Of a stretch of 64,000 nt of DNA, positions 37,686-51,533 are shown piece by piece; position 1 is the first letter of the stretch, and the number at the start of each line of letters is the position of its first letter. The stretch is from Octopus sinensis (Eukaryota), in assembly GCF_006345805.1 (NCBI RefSeq), contig NC_043007.1, positions 22,072,001 to 22,136,000 of the forward strand, in the 5' to 3' direction. A model generated the notes under the pieces. The model was not told the DNA's origin. It was given only the letters and a program-made list of their open reading frames with translations, and did not search any database. Position numbers and translations under genes: made by a program.

Positions 37686-38286
37686 ATTTCTTTACTGCCC
37701 ACAAGGGGCTAAACATAGAGGAGACAAACAAGGACAGACAAAGGGATTAAGTCGATTACATCGACCCCAGTGCATAACTGGTACTTAATTTATCAACCCC
37801 GAAAGGATGAAAGGCAAAGTCAACTTCAGCGGAATTTGAACTCAGAACGTAACGGCAGACAAAATATCTATTTCTTTACTACCCACAAGGGGCTAAACAT
37901 AGAGGAGACAAACAAGGACAGACGAAGGGATTAAGTCGATTACATCGACCCCAGTGCGTAACTGGTACTTTATTTATCAACCCCGAAAGGATGAAAGGCA
38001 AAGTCAACCTCGGCGGAATTTAAACTCAGAACGTAATGGCAGACAAAATATCTATTTGTTTACTACCCACAAGGGGCTAAACACAGAGAGGACAAACAAG
38101 GACAGGCAAATGGATTAAGTCGATTATATCGACCCCAGTGCGTAACTGGTACTTATTTAATCGACCTCGAAAGGATGAAAGGCAAAGTCGACTTCAGCGG
38201 AATTTGAACTCAGAACGTAACGGCAGACGAAATACTGCTAAGCATTTCGCCCGGTGCGCTAACATTTCTGCCAGCTCGCCACCTTC
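37686..38286 (-). mobile_element. SINE family A tandem trimer
   Basis: Three ~180-bp units joined at ggcagacaaaatatctattt; only one full tRNA head. Confidence 0.8.
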
Positions 38287-41019
38287 AAGAGAGACATTAT
38301 AACCATAGAGCAAAAGTTATATATACTGGAGAATGTACTCAATCTCTATGCATTTGTTTTGCAAGATTCCTGATGTGTAATGTGTTGAAGCAGATATTGT
38401 TATATTTGGTGTCAGGGCTGGATATGTAGGGGTGTGAAGGGAGCAGTTACCCCGGGCCCACTAAATATTGGGTGGGGGGCTGCTAGGAAGGGCAAGTATT
38501 AGTCAATACAAGAAGAAGCAATCATGCACAAAAGAGCTCTCTTTCAATATACAAAGGTATCTTGACTTCTTAAAAAATGTAATGGATTCTCTTTTATGAT
38601 AGCCACTTTAGAGACACCAAATAATTGAGTTAAAAACCTGTGGTGTTATGGGCTGTGATGAGCTATGTGGTGTTGGTGGAGAGGATTGCAGATGAGGTAG
38701 ATGGAAGTGAAGACTGCAGGGGCCAGCAGATGAGCCACAGGGGCATGCATGGGGAAAAAAAGCACGTGCGGGCAGTTCGTTGAGAGACAGCAGCGTGCAA
38801 GGACATGTTTATTCTTGACAGTGATCGCTCATCCCACCTAGGTCAACAGGTAAGGTCTCTGCATTTCTTTCTCCCTCTTGCTTCTTTTACTGTCGTCTTT
38901 TTCCTCCATCACTCTACAAGATATTTCGGCCCATAACAAAATAAGAAGCAAAGGGGAGAAAGAAATACAGAGACCTTACCTGCTGACCTTTCGCTCAATA
39001 AACACACACAATGCCTGGTCTGGGATTCGAAACCGCGATCCTCCGACCGCGAATCTGCTGCCCTAAGCACTAGGCCATTGTGCCTCCACTGAAGTTCCTG
39101 CTTGTAGATTAGTGCAGATTATAAGAGGTTCTGGACTATCTGTATCCAGAAAGTTGCTGTTGTACCTGTATCAAGTTTCATTTGTAGTTGTACTATTTGC
39201 AGTATTCTGGCATCTAAGAAGTTAGTGTAAATCTTTTTGGTAAAGGACTAAAATCTGGCTACAATTTAGGAGATGAAGGACACTTGCAGGGTGTGTCATT
39301 TTCTTTGCTTTCTTGAATGGCTACCTTGTAGGTTTTACTGTTATTTACCTCTGAGAGAGTTAACTTTTGATTGAACGCATTCCAATCATGACTTTCCATT
39401 TTTTATGTGGGGTGGTGGCATTTTTTTTTAATATTTAGGACTACATTAGTCAATGTGTCTTCTTTATAAGATAAGAGAAAATTTGGCTACTATTTCTAGC
39501 AGGTGAAATCTTAACGTACATGCTCCTTCATTTTACAAGTGTTGCAATGGTAGGTGATTATCTCCAAGCCGATGGGGGTGACTGGTAAGTTTTGTTGGTA
39601 GTTTTCTTTACCTGTACATTCGTGCAGCTGCTTGTCCACCAATTTATTGATGTGGGCTTAGGTTGTATGAAGGATCAGCAGAGAAAATCCAAGGAGTATG
39701 ATACCTCTCACCAATTTAGCTCTTTTATAAAATCAAGGGCCAAAGAGCAATCAACAAAGAATTGACAGAACACATGTCATAGATACATAAATGGATGCAA
39801 AATATATATTATGAAAGCTATTTTAGCTGTTGTAAGTGTCTAAGCCCAGTTTAGCTCTGGTTGACTAGGATTAGAGGCAAAGGTATTCCAGCTGTGACCA
39901 TCTCGTTTGTTTTGTATATTTATGATTGTACTGACCAGTATGTTTTTTTTATTTTTATAAAATGCTAAGGTATGATTCGAGAGATTTGGCTGCTATTTCT
40001 AGGAGGTCGATCATCTTGAGTTTCCTCTGATTGCAGTACTGAATTCTTATTTATACATATGAATAATTATGTGAAGAATACAGCTGATGACAGCATGCAA
40101 AAAAAACCAAAAAAAAACCAACAACTTTGCCTGTTATCACTATCTTGAATCCACAGTTTTAATAAAATCGATGCCAAATCGATGTAAAGAACTGTATAGA
40201 TTTTTGTTTATATTCATTAAAATCAACAATACAATTTAAATCCCTTGCTTATATAATAATGCAATAAAAGCGAAAAGCTGGTGTCATAATTCTATATATT
40301 TGCAGTGCAATCGTGAAACTTAAAAGACTAGCACCCTATTTATTGCTGAAATTAATTAAAAAAATTTAAGGGCGAGATTTTAGTTCATAAACGAAGATCA
40401 ATCCAGCAGGTTTAAAGGTGATATACTGAATACAGTGCACAATCAATTATCCAAATTCATGCTTGATTTTCCTTTTTTCTTTTTAGATCATTTTATTTTT
40501 GATTACGAAAAATTATTTCGGTCTAAGCAGTCGGCAAAGTTCGGACAGCCCCAAGTATTTAAATTAACTACAGAAATTAATTCTGCACGTCTTAAAATTT
40601 ATCTCCCCTGCTCTATGAAAGCTACTAACACTTGCCACTAGGCTTGTAATTATTTTACTTTCATTTTCCAGTTCAAATTATAATATCAATTAAGAATTTA
40701 TTTGTGTGCATCGTTCATTTCAGTTCATCGCTTTCATTTAATTGCTCAGATTCATACCATTGACTTACCTGAGTTATTTACATCAGCTCGTTTATTTTTT
40801 CAATACAAAAATGCTGAGATAGATTATTAATAAAACAACAGCAATATATATTAATCAATCTTATATTTATTTTTGTTCATGAAATATTACATGAAACTTA
40901 ATAAAAAGTATCGATATATATATATATAACAATTGCAGTGTGGAAGGTGTTTATAAGCCATATCTATATAATATATACATATATAATATATATAATATAT
41001 ATATATAATATATATATAT

Positions 41020-41093
<74 letters not shown>

Positions 41094-41828
41094 TAATAAA
41101 TATGTATGTATGTATATATATGCATGTAATGTATGTATATCTTTAAATGGCTAGCTCCCGGGAGTTACGAAGAGTCGGATTTGGAAATGAGTATATAAAT
41201 TTAATAACAATGCCCAAAAGATTGATAATAGATTATGTTAGGCTGGACATTGTCCATTTAACATAAATAATTATCTGAATTAATTGATATCCAGACAAAC
41301 AGACATTTATTATTATTTTTTTTTTTTTAAATACAAAACAATCGCTTTAATTAGCAATTATGACACCAATATTATAAAATAGTTTATGATTAGTGTTCGT
41401 AAATCAGAGTTATCTCTGCTTAGTGCTCTAGTAGGAGCTCGGCTGAATCTTTGACAAATACCACGGGATGTCATGATACTTGTAAAGAAAGAAGCAATAC
41501 ATCTAACAAATGAAGCAGTATATAAACATATGAAGACTGTTTATGAAATTTTTGACACGGATTTATCTTTTGAACACAAGATGATTGTTTGGTTGCTATG
41601 TGAGTTGTCAAATACGCAAATCTCAAATGAATAACATCCTTTTATTATTACATATTAATAATTTTGATATGTAACTTTAATGATATCCTTTTTATAGTAG
41701 ATTTTATTGTTTAGAAAGTATGTTCTTTCGGATAAATTTTATACAACTATGACGCTACAGAGACGTGCATATGCTCCAATTAAACAAATTGTCGAATTAA
41801 ATTAAATTGTCGAAGAGGAGTGCAAGAA

Positions 41829-43883
41829 ATGTCTCACTACATGAAAGCCACGCGAAAACACTTCTCTAAAAATGTTCATGAATTCATTATACGGCCACTG
41901 TTGAAACAGAGAGAGACTGGAGAATTATGTGATGTTGTCCTCAAATTACACGGTCAGTGTTTTCAAGCCCATAGGGCTATTCTTGCCCTATGGAGTCCTT
42001 ATTTTTTATCTATGTTTACTTGCGACATGAAAGAGAAGACAACCAGAGAGGTAGACCTCTCCGAGTCGCTTTCATTGCAGAGAGACAGTGTATTTGCAAG
42101 CGTCCTCGACTATATATACACTGGGACAATTGCCCTCACATTGGATAATGTCGAGGATGTCCTTCGCATTGCCGATTTCCTTTTATTGGACGATGTCAAA
42201 GACTTCTGCCGACAGTTCTATTTGGATCTCGGTAATCTCGATTTAAACAATTGCCTGCGCGTTCGATTCCTAGCAGAAGACCATAGCCTACACGAAGTGA
42301 AAGAATATTGTCAAAAAATAATTGAAGCGCGATTCCATGACTATTTGATATTTCACGATGACATCCTCGAACTGTCTGTGTCTTGCTTACTAGTTTTATT
42401 AGAAAACCCGTCTGTTGTACAACATACTCGGCACAAAGACCTTAAGAAATTGATTCATCGTTGGGTTGAATATGAGCCCGACGGGCGTAAGCAATTTCTA
42501 GAAGAATTAAATTTGTGCATCAAAGTTTGGGTATGCGATCTGATAAACGAAGCACCTTTCTTTGGCCGGGCTCTTGCCAGAACTGGGATGGCTAGCCTGT
42601 GGCATTCATACCACGGGTCTTCCGAAGAAATTCCGTCGAATAAAACAATGGAAGCCAGTGCTATTTTTTCCGAAAACACTTCACATGGATTTGAACATAG
42701 TCAGCAGGTGTTACTTGCTGTAGTGTGGAATCAAGGTATGAAGTTTTTTAAGCTTATAGTTTACAACATTTCTGAGCAGAAGTGGTACTGCATGCCAATT
42801 CCAAAAGAACGTTTGCTGCAACTCATCCCGCCACGGCAGTCCTTATGCAATGTCCTGCTGAACAAAAGTCAATTATATCTTTATCTATGTTCTAGTTTCC
42901 CCTATCCTACTGATATGCTTAAAATTAATGTGATTGCCATAGATTTACAAACCCAAAAAACCACTTTGTACTCTTTTAGAACTGTCGACTACTATAACCC
43001 AAGTTATAGAACAACATTGACAAACTATCGAACGGTACCTCCTGCCATAGTTTACTGCAACAATCATTTCTTTGTCATTGGAAATAAAGAAGGTACCGGA
43101 CACCTTTTCCTTTGTAACTTGCAAACGCATCTTTATTCATGTTATCATATACCGAGTTCCAGGATTATTAGTTTGGCACGAGCTGTAGTGAAAAACAACC
43201 AATTCATTTATCTTTGGTACCGTCACCGAACGGGTCCATCCGAGGAATTTTGCATCAAGAAATCTGTTGGCTTTGCAATGTTCGATGCGAAGATGAAACA
43301 ATTTTCTAGCTGGGATATTCCTGCACCCGATATCACTTATGATGATTTTGCAAGGCCTTACATCATGTGTATTAGAGAAGATACAGTGTTCGTGTACCTT
43401 CCTGGAAAACCGGCCCTGGTGTTAGATGAAACTAGGGGCAAATGGGTAACTTCACTTCGACGGATTCCTGTGCCGGGTTCGTTTTCTGATCATAATGCTC
43501 AGCTTTACGGATATCAATTGCAAGCTTCTACCAGTCATAGTATATTTGTGTTGAACAATGAAGCTCCATATACCACAACAATTTACGAAGTATCTGAAAC
43601 TCTCCCCATGGCATTGGCTCACACTCCACCTCCAATTGACCATGTTTCTATGGTAACATCAGGATTATTATCATCAAGTATCCTTGATTTGTTAGAAAGT
43701 TATGACACATACGACGATTCTTATGCGACGGCCTTGCATGTTAATATGCAGGTGTCAGTGTGTGATACAGAGGACAGCGGGACTTCTAATGATGAAGAAC
43801 AAGATTCGGACAATAATGATTACGAATATGATGAAGACTTTTATGGTTACAATTTCGAGATGGATACTGGCTTGGAGTTCTGA
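41829..43883 (+). CDS. Intronless BTB/POZ-BACK protein with degenerate Kelch-like propeller and acidic tail (KLHL/KBTBD-like, probable CUL3 adaptor)
   Basis: Single long ORF, first ATG at 41829 (track starts at GTG 41820), upstream in-frame TAA at 41781. BTB motif CDVVLKLHGQCFQAHRAILALWSPYFLSMF...VLDYIYTG. BACK motif LDLNNCLRVRFLAEDHSL...FHDYL...RWVEY. C-terminal repeats ending in W/Y/F but lacking the Kelch GG dipeptide. Confidence 0.92.
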   Translation: MSHYMKATRKHFSKNVHEFIIRPLLKQRETGELCDVVLKLHGQCFQAHRAILALWSPYFLSMFTCDMKEKTTREVDLSESLSLQRDSVFASVLDYIYTGTIALTLDNVEDVLRIADFLLLDDVKDFCRQFYLDLGNLDLNNCLRVRFLAEDHSLHEVKEYCQKIIEARFHDYLIFHDDILELSVSCLLVLLENPSVVQHTRHKDLKKLIHRWVEYEPDGRKQFLEELNLCIKVWVCDLINEAPFFGRALARTGMASLWHSYHGSSEEIPSNKTMEASAIFSENTSHGFEHSQQVLLAVVWNQGMKFFKLIVYNISEQKWYCMPIPKERLLQLIPPRQSLCNVLLNKSQLYLYLCSSFPYPTDMLKINVIAIDLQTQKTTLYSFRTVDYYNPSYRTTLTNYRTVPPAIVYCNNHFFVIGNKEGTGHLFLCNLQTHLYSCYHIPSSRIISLARAVVKNNQFIYLWYRHRTGPSEEFCIKKSVGFAMFDAKMKQFSSWDIPAPDITYDDFARPYIMCIREDTVFVYLPGKPALVLDETRGKWVTSLRRIPVPGSFSDHNAQLYGYQLQASTSHSIFVLNNEAPYTTTIYEVSETLPMALAHTPPPIDHVSMVTSGLLSSSILDLLESYDTYDDSYATALHVNMQVSVCDTEDSGTSNDEEQDSDNNDYEYDEDFYGYNFEMDTGLEF

Positions 43884-45849
43884 CATTTAGCACCATTCGG
43901 TTCATCCATAGACATGTGTTACTGAGGACTTTCTTTTTTTCTTTCTCTCATTTAAGATCTGTTTCGTTTCATGGTTTATTTTGCAAGTAAACACCTCTTA
44001 AACTGTAAGTTCTAACATTAACATGTATTATTTAAACTTTTTTTCTGGCAGTCATTCCAAAACAATTTTTTTTTGTCAATACAAATATTTAATTTTTTTA
44101 ATTTTTATTTTCACAAAATTATTCTTATTTAATATTTATATTATTTAATATTTATATTTAATATTTATATTTAATATTTAATATTTAATATTTATATTTA
44201 TATTTAATATTTACAAAGATTGAAATGGAAAATTAGATTTTCTTACAGGTGAAAGAGTAGACTCTTTGCAAAATGTAAGATTTTCTGAAATAATTAATTT
44301 TTACTTAATTGTATTTAATTACCAATTTATCGGTCGTAACTTCATTATGTAAATGTCTATATAACTTCCCGCCGCTCTGTTATTTCAATGTATAGTTTAT
44401 GAAATGATGCTACGGTGTTGTTTTACATATCACAAACCCAAAGATTATTACGATGAAATAACAACTGTACTTTAATTATTTTATCGCGGATTGCTCAAAT
44501 GTTTTTGTATCGATTACAGTAATTTTTTTTTATTTATGTAAACAATTTAGATTTTTTTTTTTAAACAAAAGACTTTAATGGAGAACAGAGATTCATTTAT
44601 GCTTGGCGAGAGGCTTTTTCTCTTCAGCCATCGTAGTATGAATTAACAGATTAATTAAATAGAAAAAAAAGCAAAATATTTAACCGGTTCTCTTACTTAA
44701 AGAATATATGTACTTATATATTAGCAGAACAAGACATACGAATAATGCAGAACCGATTATAGACCAGGACGATTATAACGAAGAAGGGTTTTCATCAAAA
44801 TAAAAATCAATAAAGCGAAAATGAAAGTGGAGGTGAAAAGCAGAATTAGGAGGCGATTACATATGAGTTAAACGGTGATAGCGTAATTAGGGAATATTAT
44901 ATATGATATATGACCATCATCTCCTTTTTAATATCCATGTTCCACGTTGGCATCGATTTGACGGTTTGACAAAATCCTGTGGGTCTAAGGGCTGCATTGT
45001 GCCTTGGTGTCTACTCAGGCATTGTTTCTACATATGGATGGCCCTTCCTAACAACAACCACTTCACAATGTTTGAAGTCACCGTGCAGGTTGCAAGATTA
45101 CAAACCCTGAGGGGACAAGGGATTAAAGTGCAGGAGAAGTGAGGGGTAGAACAGGTTCTTGTAGAGGGACTGCATGGTTACTCAGATTTAGTTGGAGGAG
45201 GGAATAATCAATAGGAACTGCAAAGAGATAGTTGAGTTGAGGTGTCCAGGTGGGCCTTCAAGGCAAAAGGTGAGTAGATGGGAGTGGGTTGTAAGATTGC
45301 ATGGGCAGCAAGAGAAGAATATAATATAATAAGTAGCAAATTCCGCCGAGGTCAACTTTGCCTTTCATCATTTCGGGGTCGTTAAATAAAGTACCAGTTA
45401 TGCACTGGGGTCGATATAATCGACTTAATCCGTTTGTCTGTCCTTGTTTGTCCCCTCTATGTTTAGCCCCTTGTGGGTTCAGTCCCACTGCGTGGCACCT
45501 TGGGCAAGTGTCTTCTACTATAGCCTTGGGCTGTCCAAAGCCTTGCAAGTGGATTTGGTAGACAGAAACTGAAAGGAGCCTGTCGTATATATGTATGTGT
45601 AAGTATATGTATGTGTGTGTGTATGTTTGTGTGTCTGTGTTTGTCCACCCCAACATCGCTTGACAACCGATGCTGGTGTGTTTACATCCCCGTAACTTAG
45701 CGGTTTGGCAAAAGAGACCGATAGAATAAGTACTAGGGTTACAAAGAATAAGTCCTGGGGTCTATTCGCTCGACTAAAAAGGTGGTGCTCCAGCATGGCC
45801 ACAGTCAAATGACTGAAGCAAGTAAAAGAGTATTATATAATGCATATGT

Positions 45850-46860
45850 ACAAACTGCAATGCTGCATGGCAAAGGACATGCAAAGGCTGGAGAGGAACA
45901 AAGCTGATATGCTCTGCTGAATGTGCATCGTCTGTGTGCATGTGCAACAGAGCATTAGTGTATTGAGAGGAATTAGGTGCAGTGTGCAAGAGAGAAGACT
46001 GCACTGGTTTGGTCATGTAATGCAGATAGATGAAGATCATCATCATCATCATCGTTTAACATCCGCTTTCCATGCTAGCATCGGTTGGATGATATGACTG
46101 AGGGCTGGCGAACCAGATGGCTGCACCAGGCTTCAATCTTGATCTGGCAGAGTTTCTACATCTGGATGCCCTTCCTAACGCCAACCACTCCGAGAGTGTA
46201 GTGGGTGCTTTTACGTGCCATCGGCACGAGGACCAGTCAGGCGGTACTGGCAACGACCTCGCTCGAATCTTTTACACATGCCACCGGCACAGGTGCCAGT
46301 AAGGCAATGCTGGTAACGATCATGCTCGAATGGTGTCTTTTACATGCCACCGGCACAGAGGCCTGATAGCTGCTCTGGCAATGATCATGCTCGGATGGTG
46401 CTCTTAATACCCTACGAGCACGGGGCTCGAGTGCCAGTAAGGCGATGCTGGTAACGATCACACTCGAATGGTGCCTTTTAAGTGCCACTGGCACGGAAGC
46501 CGGTTGGCTGCTCTGTCAATGATCACACTCGTATGGTGCTCCTTGCACCCCAGTAGCACGGACGCCAGTCATTGAATTTGATTTTGATTTTGATAGTTGC
46601 CGAAAGACGTGTTGATCATTTGAAGTGGAAGGAAGTTGTGGAAGAGGGAGACCCAGGAAGACATGGGACAAAGTATTGAGGGCCGATCTCAAAATGCTAA
46701 GCCTGATGAAGGACTCAGATGTGTGGAAGAGGGAGACCCAGGAAGACATAGGACAAAGCATTGAAGGCCGATCTCAAAATGCTAAGCCTGACAAAGAAGA
46801 CAACGGAGGGCTCAGATGTGTGGAACATTGCTGTACTCAAGTAGACTTGCCCACCACAAC
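45850..46860 (+). mobile_element. RTE C-terminal fragment interrupted by a V-domain SINE (46040-46597), with ~86-bp internal duplication
   Basis: ...VQERRLHWFGHVMQIDED resumes as EGSCGRGRPRKTWDKVLRADLKML; gtggaagagggagaccc occurs at ~46637 and ~46723. Confidence 0.75.
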
Positions 46861-47039
46861 AGAACCGAGACTCACATCTTAATTCTGCTTTTCCCATCTT
46901 AATCCATCCTTATTTTACTTTACTAGTTTTTATTTTTATTTTATTTTATTTCTCCTACCCTATTTGATTTAAACCCTTCACGGTCGTATTAGTCCTGATT
47001 TATAATCTGCTTCAATTTATATATTTTGAAACAGATCTT

Positions 47040-47565
47040 ATGTGTGTGTGTGTGTATGTATATATATGTATGTGTGTATATGTATATATATATGTATGTG
47101 TGTATATGTATATATATATGTATGTGTGTATATGTATATATATATGTATATGTGTATATATATAATATATATATATATATGTATGTGTGTATATGTATGT
47201 GTATATATGTATGTATGTGTATATATGTACGTATATATATGTATATTATTATATATGTTGTCTATATGTATGCAATATATATATATATATATTATATATA
47301 TATATATATATATATGTATATAATATATATATGTATATATAGATATATATCGTATATATATATAATCTGTATATATTATGTATATATATAATGATATAGT
47401 ATATGATATATATATGTATATATGTATGCATAATATGATATGTATATAGTATGCATATATATGATATGTATATATATATGCATATATATGATATGTATAT
47501 ATGTATGATATATATGATATGTATAATATGTATGCATATATATGATATGTATATATGTATGCATA

Positions 47566-47617
<52 letters not shown>

Positions 47618-48113
47618 GTGGTATATGTATGCATATATATGTATGTTATATGTATGCATATATATGTATGCCATATATATGTATGCCTATATATGTATAA
47701 ATGGATACGCAGTCTGCATATAAATGTAATATATAGTATGCAGTTATATGATATATATGTATATTTAGTATTATATGTGCTTGCATGTATATGTATATAT
47801 AGGTATATGTATATATATGTATGCTATATAGTATATTATGCATATATATTATATGCATATATATATATAAGTATATATAATGTATGTATGCATTATATTA
47901 TATATGTATATATATATATATGTATGCATATATTGTATATATATATAATATATATATATATGTATGCATATATGTATATTATATATATATATATGTATGC
48001 ATATATATGTATATATATATATATATATATGTATGCATATATATGTATATATATATATATATATATATGTATGCATATATATGTATATATATATATATAT
48101 ATATGTATGCATA

Positions 48114-48155
<42 letters not shown>

Positions 48156-48264
48156 CATATATATGTATATATATATATGTATGCATATATATGCATATAT
48201 ATGTATATATATATATGTAGCATATATATGCATATATGTATATTATATTATATATGTATGCATA

Positions 48265-48307
<43 letters not shown>

Positions 48308-48686
48308 CATATATATATGTATATGTATATATATGTATGCATATATATATGTATGCATATATATATGTATATGTATATATATATGTATGCATATATATAT
48401 GTATATGTATTAATATATGTATGCCATATATATATGTATATGTATATATATATGTATGCATATATATGTATATGTATATATATATGTATGGCATAATTGT
48501 ATATATATATATGATGTATATATATATATATGTGTATGTATGTATGTATATCTATATATATATATATATATATTATATATGTATGCATATATATGATTAT
48601 ATATATGATGTATGCATATATATGTATATATATATATGTATGCATATATAATATATATATATATATATTATATATATGTATATATG

Positions 48687-48723
<37 letters not shown>

Positions 48724-48978
48724 CATATATATGTATATATATGTATGTATGCATATATATGTATATATATATGATGTATGCATATATTGTATATATATAT
48801 TGTATGTATGCATATATATGTTATATATATATATATGTATGCATTATATGTATATATATATATATGTATGCATATATATATATATATATATGTATATATA
48901 TGCATATATATATAATATCTATGTATGCATATATATATATATATATATATGCATATATAGGATATATATATATATGTA

Positions 48979-49014
<36 letters not shown>

Positions 49015-49534
49015 CAATAATATATATATATATATAATATATATATGTATGTATGCATATATATGTATATATATATGTATGTATGCATATATATGTATAT
49101 ATATATATAGTATGTATGCATATATATGTATATATAATATATATGTATGTATGCATATATATGTATATATATATATATGTATGTATGCATATATATGTAT
49201 ATATATATATATGTATGTATGCATATATATGTATATATATATATATGTATGTATGCATATATATGTATATATATATATATGTATGTATGCATATATATGT
49301 ATATATATATATATGTATGTATGCATATATATGTATATATATATATATATGTATGTGCATATATATGTATATATATATATATGTATGTATGCATATATAT
49401 GTATATATATATATATATATATGTATGTATGCATATATATGTATATATATATATATGTATGTATGCATATATATGTATATATAATATATATATATATATA
49501 TGTATGTATGCATATATATGTATATATATAAGTA

Positions 49535-49575
<41 letters not shown>

Positions 49576-49690
49576 ATATATATATATATATGTATATATA
49601 TATGTATGTATGCATATATATATGTATATATATATATATGTATGTATGCATATATATGTATATATATATATATGTAGTATGCATTATATG

Positions 49691-49722
<32 letters not shown>

Positions 49723-49905
49723 CATATATATGTATATATATATATATGTATGTATGCATATATATGTATGCATATATATGTATGCATAAGTATGCATATA
49801 TATGTATATATATATATGCATATATATGTATATATATATGTTTGTTTGTATATATATGTGTATGGTATATATATATACACACACACACACATACATACAT
49901 ACATA
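47040..49905. repeat. (TA)n/(TATG)/(TATGCA) compound array with ~26-34-bp higher-order units, ~2.9 kb
   Basis: Direct inspection. Confidence 0.97.
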
Positions 49906-51472
49906 TATATATTCCACGTAAACCTTTATATTTTTGTTTGTCTTGTGTAAAGATGACATTTAGTTATTGTAGTTAAAGTATAAAGAATTCTATCTTTTTT
50001 TTTTAAGTAAGTGACTAATTCGCTTGGAAAAAAGAAATTGGTTCAATTGACGAAACTTTATAAAGTTTAATACATGATAAAATATTTATGTGAAACTGCC
50101 TCGTTACTGTGAAAATTATCATTTTTTTCCCCCCTTTTCTTTTAATGATAGTTATATTAAGAGCAAAATTACTTTTAATATAAGGATTGGTATAGATAAG
50201 TACAAGATCTCAGTGTTATGTGTCATAGCTTTGTACATTGGTAAATTTACTTGTATATGTTTAATAACTGGTTTTCTCTCGCACTGTTTTATTGTAGGGA
50301 ATTTATATACATTCATATACTGATAATTTATCTTAGTATTTATTCTTAAACTGAGTAATTGGGACTTTAAAAAATGGATAGAAATTGAACACCTTCAAGC
50401 TAGAAGGCCGACTCTTGTATGATCAAGTCAAACATTGCTCTGTCTGGAAAACAAGCAAATCATTGAATATTTTACAGGCTACCTTTCTTTTTTTTAAACT
50501 CTTAATTAATGTAATTTTGATTGATCATTTTCCTTTTCATGGTTAACTTATCACCACGTCAATCCTAAAAAACTCTAATCTCTGTTGAATTTTTAAAGAA
50601 TATCATCTTAAGTTTTTTTTTCCTAGATGGAGAATCTAGGAAACGGTGAAGTGAAAGTGCCATACGTCATTGACCTACTGAAGGAAAGAATCTTTGTTTT
50701 TATACAAACTTTTCTGCTTTGTAATTATTTACCCATTTATACTATCTGAAGTCGATGATGTAAGCTCTAGCCATATATTATAGTTCAAACAATCATTTAT
50801 ATCTCCTGCTTACATTGCTTAGTAAAAACAATTTCTACTTTGGACACACCAGCAAAAAAAAAAAAAATTATTTTACCACTACTTTCATAGATGCCTGCAG
50901 CCCTTCATATCTTAATTCCAACCCTTATTAAGTTTAAAAATAAAAATTTTAAAAGACCTGATAGTTTCTTCATTCCTTCTGGTAGTCATCTTGAAAAATT
51001 TACTCTTCTACATTTCCACTGAACCACCAACTGTAATATTTCATTTGAAGGTCGACACTGTTTCTGTTTTTATTTTTATCCCTTGGGTGTGAAAGGCTAT
51101 GACTTCACCTTTTTCTTTACACTGCTGTATAAAGGATTAGTATTGGTTATATTGAGATATCACGATAGGGCAGAGTTCAGAGCAAGTTATCATTGTGGAG
51201 GCACATGGCCTAGTGGTTAGAGCTGCGGACTCGCGGTCGAGGGATCGCGGGTTCGAATCTCAGACCGGGCGATGTGTGTGTGTTTATGAGTGAAACACCT
51301 AAGCTCCACGCAGCTCCGGCAGAAGGTAATGGCGAAACTTCTGCTGACTCTTTCGCCACAACTTTCTCTCATTCTTTCCTCCTGCATCTTGCAGCTCACC
51401 TGCGACGGACCGGCGTCCCGTCCAGGTGGGGAACCTATATGCCAAGAAACCGGGAAACCGGTTCGAGAAGGA

Positions 51473-51533
<61 letters not shown>

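Noticed and set aside
39100-39200. Minus-strand MKLDTGTTA resembling a retroviral aspartic protease motif
   Set aside because: Isolated short match surrounded by stops.
47026-49976. Many overlapping ORFs up to 435 aa
   Set aside because: Microsatellite artefacts, open in several frames on both strands.
50627-50750. Strong plus-strand acceptor followed by a 40-aa ATG frame
   Set aside because: No homology recognised and no compatible flanking exons found.
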